A program made the translations under genes and the position numbers. 64,000 bases of DNA. Origin: Takakia lepidozioides. Lineage: Eukaryota > Plantae > Bryophyta. The stretch lies in NCBI GenBank assembly GCA_030704615.1, contig CM060731.1, positions 17,050,001-17,114,000 on the forward strand, given 5' to 3'. The notes beneath the pieces are model-generated. The model saw only the letters and a program-made list of their open reading frames with translations, was not told the origin of the DNA and did not search any database. Below are positions 1 through 12,810 of the stretch, piece after piece (the first letter of the stretch is position 1; every line of letters starts with the position of its first letter).

Positions 1-2756
1 ACCTCACAAGTCAAAGCAACAATTATCACGATGAATTTGCAGCTTTTAATTCTAGGGATTGGTATGTTTGTTAGCTACCTTATCGCTTGTGGGTTTGTTA
101 GAGTCGCAGAGGTACTTCATTACTTGTGAGAGGGGTAGGGAGCCAACAGGTGTGTGAATAATTAACCAAGGGGAAGGAGAAGCTTAGCAGCCACAGCCTC
201 TTTGCAATGGAAGGAGGGCTTCATGAGCTACGGTACAAATCTGCCAAGGGTAAAGCAGCCTCTGAAATTGTGAAACTACACCAACTGTGTTGTAATGATG
301 GGGTGGTGTGTTGAACTTACACTTGGAAGATGTTGAGGTTAGGCCTTTGTAAAACATGTGCAATGTCATCAATTTAGGGCTGGGTTTGGTGGCCATCCCT
401 TCTGGATACAGACTTACTCTTATGGAAAGTGCACTGGTTAGGTTTTGATTCTCTGTAGCGTTGTGACTATAGAGCCCGCGCCCAGTCTGGAGGGAGAAGA
501 TATGGGGGACAAACGGAAATATCCAGAATTGCCTGAGCTCAGACAGTAGGGAGTTCTCAATGCAGCAATGGAGCCCACTTGCCAATCCTTTCAGTATGAG
601 GTTGATCCTGGCCTGCTGATTTTCTCAAGAGAGCTGTATTCCATAGCATCAGTCTGACGTGACAATTTTGGAGCCGCGACTTGTAGGCTTGCGCTTCTTG
701 AACCCGGTAAGTTGCAGTGACAGTTTGGATGCTGCAAAGAGCACCTCAAGACATTCAGAAGAACACTCGTGAAAAATTCAGCAGAACATGTTTCCCACTC
801 ACATCAGCATTCAAAGATTATTTGTTTCCAGCTGGGTTCTGTATGGTGTGGTGAAGCTTAGGATGTGGATGGAGGCAGACATTATTCTTGGTATGATGCA
901 GGTTCAGGACCATTTTATATTGTATCAGAGGCAGCTGTAGGTCGCAATTGTTTGCCAGATTCAGTAGGAAAAGTCTTCCAGCACAGCATGGCTGAGAAAT
1001 TCTGCCTGCCAGTTTCATGAGTATACAAAAGAATTAGTGGTGTACTTCTCAACCTACTCAGCCGCAGCTTTGTGATCATTCATTGAAATTCTGAAGGACA
1101 GTTTGCAATGGCCACCTGGGATGTGAAAATTTGACATGCAAGCATTTCATTCTCTCCAGGGTTTGCAACCCAAGTGACTGGGAAGTGTCTCTGAAAATCC
1201 ATGCAATGGAAAACTCAGAAGAAACTTCAGTTACTGTGAGAATCCACTCGCAAATGGACTTGTGGCTTCTGTGTAAAGGTTTTCTTTGTTCACACTTTCA
1301 AGTGAACAAGGACTGGATGGTCAGGAGGTCAGCTCTATTCAAGGGCTAAGATGACTCTTGTGTCTTGACTGTCTGAGTCGTTGTTACAGTATGTCAAGTC
1401 TATATCTGTCTTCCTGAACAAAACCCCTAAAGCATGAATGTTAAGGTGGACTAAAAACCATTACAATGAGCCAGCGATCTTCCCTGTCACTCCAGGTAGC
1501 ACACACCAAGCTCCATACACCAGACAATCTCTGCATGTGGTTCACCAAAGTCAAGCGCGCATTCATCACTGGAGACACACCAAATTATCTAACAGAAGTC
1601 TGTCAGGGCCCCTGACCTGGCCCTCACTCTATGCCACAGACCAAACACACATGTTACAAAATAAAGGAACTCAAATGGGTACAAAATCATATTGATACAA
1701 AGAAAATTCTTACTTCACACAATGTCAGTTCAAAGACCAATTCAACCATATGAGACTGTCCAAACTAAGTCTATCCAATAGTGCATTGCCATCATTTGTA
1801 CACCTACACTCTCTTTCCTTTACAAATCATAACCGCTCTAAGCTGGCTGCACCAGTAAGCGCAGGTGCAACGCATTCTACAGCGCTTTATGTCCTGCCTA
1901 CTGTGATCACCTACTCTTTGTAGGAACAATGAAGGGCTTGCTCCAACGGCTTGAGGCAATATCTTCTCAGCTTCACAATCTCTATGTAGCCTTGGCAGTC
2001 AAAGGCCTCTGCTTTCTGCATTCACATAGCAAAGACAATCTCAGTCATTATTCAGAACACAAAACACCACAGGTACGCCAGAAGACACAAGTTTATCAGA
2101 CCGAATGCTTCACCACCATCTGGAAATATCTAACTCAGATCTGAAGGGCATATTTTCCACCCTACAAAAACAAAGTAACACGACCCAGCCTTCTTGTGAA
2201 TCTGTGAAGATTAGAAGGTTTTATATACGTCCAGATTTTCTACCTGCAGCAGTACAAAAACGACCCTCCGCAGCAGTTCCACGTGTTTACTGGACCAGAG
2301 CAATACGCACCTCTGCGACAATTTGATTATGTACGGACATATCCCGTAAGGTCTCCGCTTGGAGACGTAGAAAGCACTCTCCATCTAAACACCATGGACC
2401 AGACATTGCGATTGAATAGAACTATATCCACTCCAAACAGCAGTTGCCCATTGCTGCTTCTATTATCCACATTAGGATACACGGAAGTAATGAATAAACC
2501 TTTTCAGCAGTATCTTTTGTTGCATGCCTCCACCTCAGTACTGTCAAAAAGGTACTTAAATATATGCACACAATCTCTAATTCGAATTTATGACGAAAGT
2601 GCTGCACTGATCTGGACTTCTAGCCAAGGGCTGTCTATAGCAATCGTTAACTCAAACAATGGCTGCAGCCGGTCTCTACCCCAGGCAGTTGAGTCCTTAT
2701 TTATCCACAGTCTACCTGCTGATAATATAAATAGCCACAACCATAGATTTGACATA

Positions 2757-5700
2757 TTAGACCTGCACTTGCACATGTGACTGTGCATGTGTAGGTCCTT
2801 GAGACTGACCCTGTGCCTTTGGATGTATTGCTGCTGCCATAACCCGCAGTTCACTTGCAATCTCTGAAAAGGAAGGTCTTGACCCCTGGTCTGCTGACCA
2901 GCATCGCTCCATCAGTGATCTCCAAGCTGGGTCACACCAGCTAGGGATCGGAGGGCGTAATGTGTTGTTAACAATGCCTCCTGCATGCTTCCAGTTGTCA
3001 GCACACAACATATTCATTCTCACTCATTGCAAAACCAATGGTTTCAATAAATCTCCAAACATGAATGCTAAGGCTATCGTATTGGTGGGACATACAAGCC
3101 ACCCATCATTGCGATAGCGCATAACTAAAACTTTAGACCTTAACAGAAACAGCTACAAATGAAGTTCTTCACCAACAAATATCAACCCACCTATGATGGC
3201 CCCGTAGTGCATGTTTGCGTATGGTTCCTCCCCTGTAAGAAGCTCCCACATAACTATCCCAAAAGAGAAGACATCAACCTGTGGATCAGTACCAACCACA
3301 AGTAGATTAAGGGCAATAACTTTGGATACAAGTGTGATGCACCATTTTGACAATAATCCTATTGTATGCTTGCATCAACTAATCTTTGTACATCCACTTA
3401 GGGTTACAAAACTTTGTTCTTGCTCTACACCTTCTTGGCCTGTTCCAAGCACTGAAGCTCATACACTTGCCTTCTCTGTGACCATACTGCTGCTACCATT
3501 CAACAGTTCAGGGGCCATCCATGGAAGGGTTCCACGTACACCACCCGACACCATGGTTTGATGTTTCACTTTTGAAAGGCCCAGATCGCCAACCTATAAA
3601 ACAATATCCTTAGTGTCAAGACAAGTGTTGCATAGGAAAATTGTATGCTAAGAAACGGGTATTGCTTCATGCTAGCTTAAAGAATCAAATCATCTGCATG
3701 CCCATTAAGTATGAGATGGCCTGCGACGCCTCTGACTACTTGGATGTCTCAACAAATAGGTATGAGCTAGAGGAACACCAATAACCATAAACACTTAAGT
3801 CAGACTGCACTTCAACATCAGGCTATAAAAAGATAAGGCAGCAGGAGCAATAAAAAAAACCAGAGGCCAATGACAGAATAACCCTCTGAAGACCGGCGGG
3901 TTAACTTAGCCCCTTTGTATGAACAATGACAGAGTCAACCATGCCCAACCCAGATTGCAAATATATCAGAAAAAAATCTAACAAGCAGAAAGTCAGAAAA
4001 TGTACGGCTAGTCAAGTGCATAAGACACCTTGCATATAGGTCGATGTGGATCTCGCATGTTTACGAGCAAATTCTCACACTTCAAGTCAAAATGCACAAT
4101 ATTCTTTCCATGCAAGTACTCCATCCCAAAAGCTGCATCCATTGCTATGAGCAATCGCTTGCGACGGTCGATTGTCCTGTACATGCCAACATATTTCAGC
4201 AAAGTAGTAAGAACAAAGTAGCAGACAACAGTCCTCATACAAAGGCCAAATATGAAAGATAACGGAGAAACTTTTGTGACAGCCTCTCATCTTCAAAATC
4301 TAATTTATGATTCTTCTCAATTATCACTGTCACTCTCCCACAGGGCACTAACAGTAGTCTAGCAACTTCTATGTGTGAGCACACCTGTCTTTCTTCTGCA
4401 AAACCTGCTTCAGAGATCCATTCACCATATACTCGGTCACAGTTGCTAATGTTCCACCAGGCCCATCACGTACTACACCATAAAATGCCACGACATTTGG
4501 GTGATGCAACTGGCCAAGAGTGCAGGCCTCCTTCCAGAAATCAGCTATCTGTTCACAGAACCCACAACGGCTCAGCTTCCAGGCTTTGCAAAACATGTCA
4601 ACATGTCCACCTCCCAATCAGTTTGAAAACTACGAAAGAAATGGTTAAAAGGTGAACATACCAGGCGCTCTTGCTCCGATGGTCGTCCAGCAAAGCAGCT
4701 TGCTTTGATCCGCTTGATGGCAACATCTGAGCCTCGCCACTTTCCATGATACACAGTTCCAAAAGTACCCGAACCCAGCTCCCGCATTTCTTCGAGATCG
4801 GCGTTTTTAATAGTCTGCAAAACCCTCCATGATTAAGGCTTCTTGAAACCTGGTGCATTATTTCCAACAAGATAACCTAGACATACCACTTAGCCTGAAG
4901 TGCTTGCATGTGAAGTAGAAAAGTCAATTAGCCAATCACCTGCAAACCACGAGAAATAGCTTCTGCTTCAGCATCAGAGGCAGTCATCCCAGAATTGCTG
5001 CCCTTCTTGACCTCCTCATTGGGAGAATCGTCAACTCCATTGTTCACATCCTGCATTACAAAGCACAGAATTTAAGAAGTCTGCCCAGCACAAGATACTG
5101 TGACTTGTCACGAGTTGAATGCATCACTTATACGTACAAATATAAGCAGCCTTACCTCAGTTGCAGTTTCGATTGTCAGTATCTCCTCCATGGCTTCCCT
5201 TGGTGGATCTGCTCCTGAATCCTTCTCCTTGGAAAGAGATTCGTGAACAGCAACTTCCTCTTCACCTGCCTTCATGTCAGTAAGGTCCGTCTCCCAATTT
5301 GTCATGCCAAAAGTGGGTGCCGACACAAGTGGAGGGTGAGAGATAGAGGTGCTCACACCCTGGGAAACACGCTTCCATTCTTCCTTCTCATCCTCCTTCA
5401 TCTCACTGTGTGTCTTCTCCATTCCACTTAGATCCTGTGAAGCATTTCCAAGAACTGAAGAAGCCATGTCCTCAGCAAGGTGACCAGTTGCAGAAAGCTG
5501 TGATAACAATTTACTATTATTCTCAACATTAACTGAGGTAGCCTGCCTACCAGCCGATCCAGTGTTCTCCCCCTCCAGACTTGATATCGTTGCTCCGGAG
5601 GTCCGTTGCACTGCAGTTGCCGGCTTGAACACAGATAAATGCTCAGAGGATGTTGAAACAGCAGTTGTGCTTGTGTACAAGCTGGAAGGGGGCATGGTGG

Positions 5701-8700
5701 ATGAGAGAGTACATGATCCAGTGGACACCTTGGACAAGGGAGTAACAATCATACTTGGAATCCCTTTACTTGAAGCCTGTCCATGACCTGTTGGCAGTGA
5801 AAGTTGACTGCTGCTGGGTTGTCCATCGTTCAGTAGCATGCTCTGGAGAGCATAAACAGTTGGGCTGATATCCCCATCGGTCATGCTGTCCATTTCGTGC
5901 GTGCCAATTGAACCTGTATGTAAACCATGCATTCCATTGAGTGCCTCCTCCTCCTGAGCGACAATATTATTCCCACTTGAAGGCCTACTCAGATTGCCCT
6001 TTCCCACACTTGAAAAATTCTGAATACGCTCTGAGCTCCCAAACAGATCCCGGACCTGCCCAATTCCCTCAACCCTCGCATCATCTGAACCAATTACCCC
6101 ACTCCAGCGTAAATCTGCACTGCTGGGAAGCTCAGCATTTCCCACTCTCATGCCAGGTGCATATGAAGGCATTTGAGAAGCCATTTGATTGAAGGCACCG
6201 GTTGCTGCCCTATCTTCCATGAGGCGTTGCGTTCCAGAAGACAATTGAGTACTTGCATTCATAACAGAAGACATGGTGTGCACACCAGGATCTAGGAACG
6301 TTGCGGTCCTCAAATCCTGTGAATTTGCTCCAGATCTTGAAGCAGGCACCGGTGTAAAGTAGTCCACTTCATTTGACCTTCCCATGTACTGGGGGCCCTT
6401 AGAGCCATCCACAATTGGTCTACCAAGAGCCGATGAGTACCCCGCTAAAGTAGTGGACTGGGGTATACTAGGTCTCAGATGATGACTGCTATTTCCCAAT
6501 GAATCAAGCCACTCACCCTTTCGATGCAAGAAAGTCTCTCCTAAGCTTGAAGCAAGAAGGGCATCTGAATCTTCTGGCAGGTGAGGATAGCTCCCAGCTG
6601 GTGCTTCCAAGTGGTGGGTGGCACCCAACTCACCACTCGTGTCATTGTCTAGGTGCTCAGGCTGCCCTGGCCTTCCTCTCCCAATCCTTCCGTCCTCCCC
6701 ATCACGCCCCCGCTGTTGCAAAACCCAATCTGTCACTTTCTCTTGCCTCTCTTGATAACGAGAATGTACTGACAGCTGCTCAATAGGAGGCATCAACTGG
6801 TCCTGATATTCTGACCTAAAATTGAAATGCTGAGGATGGAAATGCCCGGCCTTTAGCTGGGTATCCTTCCCCTGCTGCAACGGGTGGCGTCTTCCTTCAG
6901 AACCATCATGATGATCCTGATATCCAATGATGCCCTCCTGAAATGGATTTAGGCCCATGTACTGAGGTAGCTGAGACCTTGTCCCACTTTCCGCGTACTG
7001 ATTTTGAGGGAGTGAACTTGCCTCATACATGACTTGTTCGTGTAACAAAGGATCTGAACTTGCAAGAGTCTGCAGCTGTGGTCGCATCAATCTCTCTTCC
7101 ATGTGAGGCAGATGATCACGATACCGAGGAGGAGAGTTAGACGGCCGGAAAGACCTACTTGGTGGATCACTGTAAGGCACTCTTCTTCCATACGGCTGGT
7201 CCAAATATGTTGGTCCAGTGTAACCCCGATGCACTTGCACCTGTTGCTGCCCTCCCAAATGTCTTCCTGACATATCCCTGTAGCTCAACCTTGGAGAGGA
7301 TGGGGCAGAACCAGCACCACTATGATATGAGGCAGCCTGTGCAGAACCAATCTGAGGTGCGATTGTATGAGCCGATACCGATCGATGCATGAACTGTGAA
7401 CTGCCAAAAGCCTCCTCTTGAAGCTGCTGCTGCTCAGCTTGCCGATAAACCGCCTCATGGCCACTAGCTGCCTGTGAGGGCCCAGTTCGGAAATGTAGAG
7501 GCTGGGGCTGCTGCTGAAAGGTCTGCTGCTGCTGTGCAACTCCTGCAGGCTGGAGCACCAGATCGGAGGAAGGCTGCAACAGCAGATCTACCCTTCTGTA
7601 GCCATCTGGCTGCGTTTCCAGGGAGTGCTGCCAACCAGACTGTGGCAGTTGCTGCTGAAGAACAAGTCGCTTTGGAAGATCCAGCTGGGGCAGCCCTAAA
7701 TCTGGCACCTGCTGGGTGTCTGGCCTGGTCGATGTACTGTCCATGAGTTGATCTGGCAGCCGTATGAGCTTGCCGTGTGAGTGCACACGGGGCATCCTCC
7801 CCTCAGCCGGGCGCCACGGTTCATCCCGTAGAGCGTGTTCCTGATGACTGACTAATGGCACTCCCTCATGTTGGGCCTTTGAAGGAGAATCTGGAGCCCT
7901 CCTGGGCTCATTGCTTCGATAAAGAAGCTCATGCTGTTGATTAATGGAAGCTGACACAGGAGCCCCATAGTTGTCCACATCTTGATACGTCCCCTCCGAG
8001 TGGATTACATTGTACGAGTGTCCACTCCCGTGTCCACTCACCTTGCCATGCTGATCTTGGAGAAACTGAAGGTGAAGCTCAGGCACAATTGCCTGCTTTG
8101 CAGGTCGTGGAAGGAGAGGAGGAGATGAAGGAGCAGATGATGGGGCCGAGGGCATGTTGGACTTTGTTTGAATAGAAGGCACAACTAAAGGGATTGAGGA
8201 TACAGGTAAAGCAACTGGCACATGTTGTATCAAAGACGCAACATCCTGAGATATCTGAGGCGCCAACAATGCAACAGGTACTGAATCTTGGACTCGAGGG
8301 GTGCCCCACTGATCCACCATGTCAAGCCCAATCAAATTGTCCAGATGCAATGGCGCAAGACCAACTCCTCCAATCTCAGACTGCTTCCTCGACCCTGTCT
8401 CTGGGATACCATTCACAGCGTCCACATATCGCTGCTCAGAATTCCTCTGGTCTCCTACAGAATCATTCAGGTGGGTAACATCGTACTCCACAGCAGAAAA
8501 GAGAAAGACTCGAAGCCTTGAGGAGCCATCACATGCTTCAAGCTTGTCATATTCCTCCATCATGTTCTCTAGGTCCTCATCTGATGAAACAGAAACCAAG
8601 GCATCAAGATCCTCATCGGGCAGCTGGTACTTGATGGTAAGGGCTTGCCCATAGAATTCTGTCATTTTGTACATGAGCTCGGAGTAGTGGATGTATCGAT

Positions 8701-9519
8701 TAACCGTAATTATGCGGGTCTCGCCCCCAACATACCGCAGCCTGCCATCACCTGGCCTTGGCAGAATCTTACCACCATAGCTGCACATAAACTTCACCCG
8801 AGGACAGGGGAAATCTTCGGATGGGGTGGACATGTGATCTGGAGGCACTGATCCCATCCCGCACAGGAAACAGCCCAATGAGAAACTGACTAGCATAAAA
8901 CAATAGATGCTAAACAGGAATCACAGAACACACATAAAAGAAGTTTGCTTTGGACATACGTTTAGGCTGTCTACACCCATGGGCTATCTAGCCCACACGG
9001 CCTACATCCAACAGACGACATGGTATTGAGATAAAACTGCACCACCTCCAAGACTTTGGCTCAAACATCTCTGTGTCTATCAGGGCTGCCCTCACCTTCG
9101 TCCATGCTCACCGGCCCCGCTGCCATTGACTGCCCAACTGAAGCTCCTCCCAGCGTCCTCCGCTTTGAATGTGTAACGGGTGATCCCTCCTGGATTAAAT
9201 CTGGCACATTCTCATCATCTGACAATACAAGTGACTCCGACACATGGATTCCCGTTCTCAACTTTTGGAAGAAGGGATGTACATCTGACGGTGGATGCGA
9301 GGAGTCTCCACCAGACAAACTCTCAATTGATGACAAAGATCCTTCGGAAGTACACTGCCATGCTATGACTGGATGGCGACTCTGGGGTCCGTTCTCAAAC
9401 ACACTCTTTGCCTTCTGCTCCATTGATGAAGACCTCAGGTAGAGATCCCCGGAAATTTCAAGGATATCCCCTCCTGGACGAGCATTTACTCCTCCCTGAA
9501 CAATTGCGGGAACTATCAT
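2757..9519 (-). CDS. PB1-domain Raf-like MAPKKK (B4 RAF group), multi-exon
   Basis: Inferred exons (-): 9519-9096 (tentative), 8889-5156, 5050-4940, 4814-4662, 4548-4385, 4176-4029, 3593-3471, 3278-3191, 2980-2757. PB1 motif ([29 protein letters not shown]...[14 protein letters not shown]), a long Q/S-rich linker, then kinase motifs [42 protein letters not shown]. Splice phases are compatible. The 5' end is uncertain (alternative ATG at 8857). Confidence 0.93.
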
Positions 9520-10398
9520 TGCTGGTTTATAATCATCCCAAAACTCTTCTGTATAACAGCTCTACGATTTCCACGGCCGCCTATATTGTTGTACCTTCCC
9601 CTCCACCAGCCAGAACCTTTCCAAATTCGAGCATCTCCCTAGCGCAAAATCCAATACGAGTGGTAAAGACCCGGGCTATCGGGATAGTCCGAGACAGAAG
9701 ATCGTCATTATCCAGTCAAAAATTACAAAATGGTAGTCGCTCGGCGGGTGAAAAGGGGGAAAAAAAAAAAATCAAGTCCCCAGACAAGTGCAACGCCTGA
9801 ATGATCAAACCCTGAAATGCTGCCAAATTTCCGTGTGCTATATAAAAACGAAAGCAATCACGTGGATAACCATAGCTGAAGAATCAAAATCCGAGAAGGC
9901 ACTCTCCACAACTACAGACAACTCCAGGCACACAACCTCTAAGATCACCAACAAAAAAAGTTCGATCTGTGCCCCCTACAAGATACACCTGCAGAAAAGA
10001 AGATAAAAACAAAACACAAACTTTCAAGCCAGGCACCAATTCCTCACACTCCCCTCTCTACATCCATCTCAACACAAAAAACTCAGATACTAATTCCCCC
10101 AAACGCCTCCCAACCCGCGCCACAAAAAGATAGAACACGCACACACCACACTTGCCACCCAAGGTTCGCAAGGTTAATCACAGGAGAGGATAGAGACGGG
10201 GATTCCAAAACCACGGCTCCACTCAACGACGCAAGCGCTTCTGATTGAAGGAGCTCGTCAGTGGTCACACCCTAAATTTTACCACGCACTCTAGCGCGCG
10301 TATGCAAGATCAAGCGGGCCCGACACATTTGGCCCACACCAATGTCATCACCCCCGCCGACCCCCTAGAATATGCCACCCCTTCCATCCCCTCCCCCT

Positions 10399-10414
10399 TT
10401 CTTTACTCCCTTTA

Positions 10415-10447
<33 letters not shown>
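10399..10447. repeat. (CT)n microsatellite upstream of the RAF kinase gene
   Basis: About 24 uninterrupted CT dinucleotides. Confidence 0.95.
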
Positions 10448-10451
<4 letters not shown>

Positions 10452-11616
10452 CTTGTCTCGTTCTCCTGGCTATCCCTCTCACCGCCTCCCTCTCTCCCTG
10501 TCTCGCAGGGCCTTGCTTGCCCTGCCTCTCATGCAGTGCGAGGCAGGCACGGCACGGGTGCGTGGCGCCCCCGCCCCGCTCTGCCTCCCTCCGTCTCCCT
10601 CGCTCGCTCCACATCCCCGCAATCCACTTGCTCCGTTCATTCCCGCCCTCCCACACGTGTGCGCTCTTTTCACGTCAGGCGGAATTTCCTCCTCTTCGGT
10701 TTCTTTTGTGGATGAACGTGGGATGATATCGAGTACCGAAACCGGGTCGGAAAACTGCGGCGAGCCGCCCGCCGCATCGACGACAGTGGCATCTCCAGGA
10801 GAATGAGAACAGGATCTTCAGATAAAGGAACAATAACAGTTAATGAATATTAGTAATTATAGCATGATATTCTTTTGTCTCTGGAACTGGCAGCCCTAAA
10901 GTGCCAGCTACTGCAGAACGGTTTCCGTGACTTGGCAGGCGGGGTGGGCGGCATCTGGGGGGGGGCACCGTTGGGTGCGATACCGACCCTAGAATGGTGG
11001 CAGGAAACCCTAATAAAGCAGTTGGTGCTGTCGGGACTAAGGGACTGTGCAGCGGCTAAGTTACTGCACAGTTGCTTTATGGTTGTGCGAGAAGTCTGGA
11101 GGGACAAGAGGAGTTTGGAGCGCAATCACGCAGGGGCGGTAGCGTGCGCTTCGGTTGTCTCTGGCGTGATTTCGACGATGCTCGCTTCATGCGGAGGGAA
11201 TTTGACTGGCATTTAATTGGAGTTGCAAGCTGCTCCTTGGGGTAGGTAGTGCGTTCTGTGTGTTGAAGTAAGTGGGACGTAGTGATGACAATGTTCGTGG
11301 CTCTGATGTTTTTGTTGTGGATTGGTGGAAGGATCTACGTGACATGTACCTCAGCTCCTCGCAAGTGGTAGATGAAAAGCGTTCTCTGTATACGGACCGG
11401 AGGAGACGTAGGTATATCGTCTTCGCACTCGGCGTGTAATGCCGTATACTTCTTGCCAGCAGTGTTTGTGTGTTTGGTTTCTTGCCTGCCCTAGCTATTA
11501 GGAAGTTGCGGCCGGTTGAGTATCCCTTGGACGCCTTGCAAGAGCGGCAGCGTAATTGTTCGTAATTGTTCGTCTACTGTTTGTCAGGGCCGTGCTTGTC
11601 AGGGTCCTGCCTTGCT

Positions 11617-11875
11617 GAGTGCCTAACTTTGATTCAAAGATCACCGATTCAGGAACTGGACTGCCAACACAAAATTAGATTCCTCACCAACTAGATTCCA
11701 AGTGCCTAACTTTGATTCAAACAGTTGTCATTTGGCTAAAGATCACCGATTCAGGAACTGGACCACCAACTAGATTCCAAGTGCCTAACTTTGATTCAAA
11801 CAGTTGTCAATTGGCTAAAGATCACCGATTCAGGAACTGGACTGCCAAAACAAAATTAGATTCCTCACCAACTAA
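11617..11875. repeat. Imperfect tandem repeat, three shuffled ~80-95 bp units
   Basis: AGTGCCTAACTTTGATTCAAA and AAAGATCACCGATTCAGGAACTGGAC each occur three times. ACAAAATTAGATTCCTCACCAACTA occurs twice. Confidence 0.9.
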
Positions 11876-11876
11876 C

Positions 11877-12487
11877 CACATGAAAACAGATGTTTTATTA
11901 CAGTCTCAACATTTTGACATAAGACATGAAAACATGAACTTGTCTGCACTTTTCTGCGATCTAGATCAGCCAGAATCTGTTGAGATATGCAGACTAGCAT
12001 CACATAGCACAAATTCCCTCTCATTGATGCCACGCCACTCCCAAAAGCTGCTGATACACCCAACATAGACAAACATCAATCAGCACTATCATACCAGCTT
12101 AAACGGTGTTGAAATATGTGACCTTGTCCTCCTTGAGTTGCAGCAAAGGACATCCTGCTTGTATATCTCACAAAACGCTTTGGGCATCATTCCCAATTAC
12201 ATTCTCATCAAATTTGTGCATCTGCAGCTTAGTGCACTCTACCAGAGTAGACTAACATCCTCTTGAGGTGCCCTAGACATGAAGCATCCATCATGTCTGG
12301 GTAAAAGCAATGTTAATACTTTACACTAGAGAATTATGCATGGAGAGCAGGTAAAAGACAGAAGCCCCATACCTAAGTTGCTGACAGAAGCAAACCAAAG
12401 AATTAGATCCAGTCCTGAGAGCAACATCTTCAATGCCCACTCCACTTGCAAATGTAACAGAGTCAGCCAATTTCAGCTCACAGAGCT
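11877..12487 (-). pseudogene. Duplicated 3' fragment of the RCC1-repeat gene (copy of ~21644-22382)
   Basis: Collinear similarity. It encodes LCELKLADSVTFASGVGIEDVALRTGSNSLVCFCQQLR versus LCELKLADSVTFASAVAVEDVALRTGSDSLARFCQQLR, and retains the GTATGG donor, intron and downstream sequence. Confidence 0.88.
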
Positions 12488-12810
12488 ACACTGCGGCACT
12501 GTGGCTGCATAGTGGACCTTCTTGATTGTGCCCCGCACTTGGATGACCTATAGAACTGAACTTGTAACTTATCTTTTTATTTAAAGGGGAACGGAGACCC
12601 GTTAATAAAATGACGCGAGGAAAAACTAACCTTGCAAGAGCCATGAGCATAGAGAGGGGGGGTGGGGGGGACACCACCCAAGGCCATACCCGGCTGGCAA
12701 CACGGAGTATTATTTACAACACCATCAAAATCAACACTATCAAAAATAGAATTGTGTGGTGTCCATGAAGCATCAACATGGATCACTCGCGCTCAATGCA
12801 ATAACTTCTC

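Noticed and set aside
1-2750. Short ORFs such as 184-585(-) and 2283-2780(+)
   Set aside because: No recognisable motifs or consistent exon structure. Likely UTR or intergenic sequence.
5243-8851. Many plus-strand ORFs inside the large RAF exon, and similar antisense ORFs in ACINUS and GLR
   Set aside because: Antisense shadows of real coding exons.
10245-10806. Overlapping ORFs across the CT microsatellite
   Set aside because: Open only because of low-complexity GC/CT-rich sequence in the RAF promoter or leader.
11617-11875. CRISPR-like appearance of repeated ~21-26 bp motifs
   Set aside because: The intervening sequences are themselves repeated, there are no cas genes, and the context is eukaryotic.
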